26,874 nucleotides of DNA from a virus (taxonomy: Duplodnaviria; Heunggongvirae; Uroviricota; Caudoviricetes): positions 1 through 26,874 of IMG/VR virus record IMGVR_UViG_3300046453_000093. One strand, 5' to 3'. Below the pieces are notes generated by a model. It did no database searches, was not told the origin of the DNA, and was given only the letters and a program-made list of their open reading frames with translations. The position numbers were made by a program, and so were the translations under genes. Positions 25,672 through 26,874 of the stretch are shown one piece after another (the stretch's first letter is position 1; every line of letters begins with the position of its first letter).

Positions 25672-26637
25672 ATGGCAAATCAAGCATTTTTCGAACTTTG
25701 TTCAAAAGTAGTTAATGATAAAGCAACAGTGGAAGAATTGGCTGAATTCAGTCAAGCAATGAGCGTAATTAAATCTAAGGGTGCATCTCCGCAAGCAATT
25801 TGGGAGTTAAACGAAATTATCGTTAAGCAAGCACAAGAAATCTTAAAGCCTAAAATGGACTTCTTAAACTATGTTGCTGAGACTTCTCATGTTGCACATG
25901 GTCAAAAGATTGAATGGAGAAAGCCAAAAGGCAAAATCAAAATGAAATGGTCTGCTCGTGGTACTACTGTAGACTACACTCGGATTGGTTTCCAAGAGAA
26001 ATTTACTGCTGAACCAGTAAAAATTCAAGGTGGCGCATATTATGAGTATGACCAATTATTGTCAGGTTCTTCAGAAGGTTTCAAAGGTGTAGTTGAAATG
26101 TTAGTTCAAGATATGGAAGACCAAATTGTTGCTAAAGCAATTGCTGTCCTACATACTGCAATGTCTTCTGCTCCATCACCAAATCGTTGGGCAGGTGCGG
26201 GAATCGCTCTTAACAACTTCAACGCTGTTACTTCTGTGGTTCAACGTTACAATCGTAAAGCTTCTGCTTTATGTGATATTGATTTCGCTAAGAAGTTGGT
26301 AGGTCTAGTTGGTGCAGATAAAATGTCTGATGGCATGAAAGATACATTAAATCAGAATGGTTTATTCTCTGTAATTAATGGAGTTGATATTGTAGTTTAT
26401 ACTAACCCATTTGCTGATGAAACAAATTCTAAGACAGTTGCACCTAGAGAGTTTGCTTACATCTTACCTGCGGGTGTAGATAAACCAATTAAAATTGGTT
26501 TTGAAGGTGAACTTTATCAGTTATCTGATACTGACATTGATTCAGAACGTGTGTTCTTAAAGGTTGGTCAAAAAGTTTCTGTTGACGTATTTGATACTGT
26601 CAATATCGGTGAACTTAACGACACTACTTTAGCATAA
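25672..26637 (+). CDS. major capsid protein (HK97 fold expected, YonB-like)
   Basis: 321 aa; AGGAGG RBS; high-expression codon use; followed by a terminator; gene order. Confidence 0.85.
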   Translation: MANQAFFELCSKVVNDKATVEELAEFSQAMSVIKSKGASPQAIWELNEIIVKQAQEILKPKMDFLNYVAETSHVAHGQKIEWRKPKGKIKMKWSARGTTVDYTRIGFQEKFTAEPVKIQGGAYYEYDQLLSGSSEGFKGVVEMLVQDMEDQIVAKAIAVLHTAMSSAPSPNRWAGAGIALNNFNAVTSVVQRYNRKASALCDIDFAKKLVGLVGADKMSDGMKDTLNQNGLFSVINGVDIVVYTNPFADETNSKTVAPREFAYILPAGVDKPIKIGFEGELYQLSDTDIDSERVFLKVGQKVSVDVFDTVNIGELNDTTLA

Positions 26638-26664
26638 TAATAAATATAATTAGTTTTTAAAATT

Positions 26665-26699
26665 AGGGAGAAGTTAAATACTTCTCCCTTTTATTTTTT
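26665..26699 (+). terminator. intrinsic terminator after the capsid gene
   Basis: AGGGAGAAGT-TAAAT-ACTTCTCCCT then a T-rich run. Confidence 0.85.
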
Positions 26700-26748
26700 A
26701 ATTTTTTTCAAAATAAAATATTTTGATGGATGAAGGGAAGTTTTATAA

Positions 26749-26874
26749 ATGGCATTAGATAGCAAAACATTAATTCCAGTATTAAATAAAAGAAGCACTG
26801 TATATACCGCATCACTTAGAAATGGTGAATATTTTGAATGGCTACCTGCCACTGAAAGTTATGAAGACACTATC
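26749..26874 (+). CDS. 5' part of the next morphogenesis gene (YonA-like position), truncated by the window
   Basis: GAAGGGAAG RBS; open 42 codons MALDSKTLIPVLNKRS... to the window end. Confidence 0.7.
   Translation, partial: MALDSKTLIPVLNKRSTVYTASLRNGEYFEWLPATESYEDTI

Noticed and set aside
1831-26055. Antisense and alternate-frame ORFs in the track (e.g. 2067-2438, 4515-4922, 8634-8936, 13044-13460, 23246-23638)
   Set aside because: Shadows of longer, motif-bearing genes; no independent RBS or family signal

Overview
AT-rich (~30% GC by eye) segment of a large temperate Bacillota siphophage of the SPbeta-like type that appears to be a phage-plasmid. 1-700 is non-coding, with C-rich repeats. 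1880-9142 is a leftward block of plasmid-maintenance genes: a Rep initiator with a counter-transcribed antisense RNA, an inverted DnaA-box pair, an actin-type ParMR with a 14 x 10-bp parC-like array, a tyrosine-recombinase-fold protein, and a second tubulin-type TubZ/TubR-like pair with a tandem-RHH gene. 9341-14551 is rightward: RecD2, a sigma-region-4-like HTH/Zn-finger regulator, two small genes, HU and PIN-PhoH. A 19-bp box recurs four times there, three times inside sigma-A promoters. 14591-16860 is an RNA-dense island: long perfect stems, a DIP1984/DUF6847-like coiled-coil gene followed by a ~377-nt closed-stem non-coding RNA with 7-nt repeats, and tRNA-Asn and tRNA-Pro. 17396-26874 is the SPbeta yonJ-yonA-like head module: metallophosphoesterase, TerS, TerL, portal, protease/scaffold, decoration protein, major capsid. 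Family calls come from visible motifs and recalled gene order; no searches were run.
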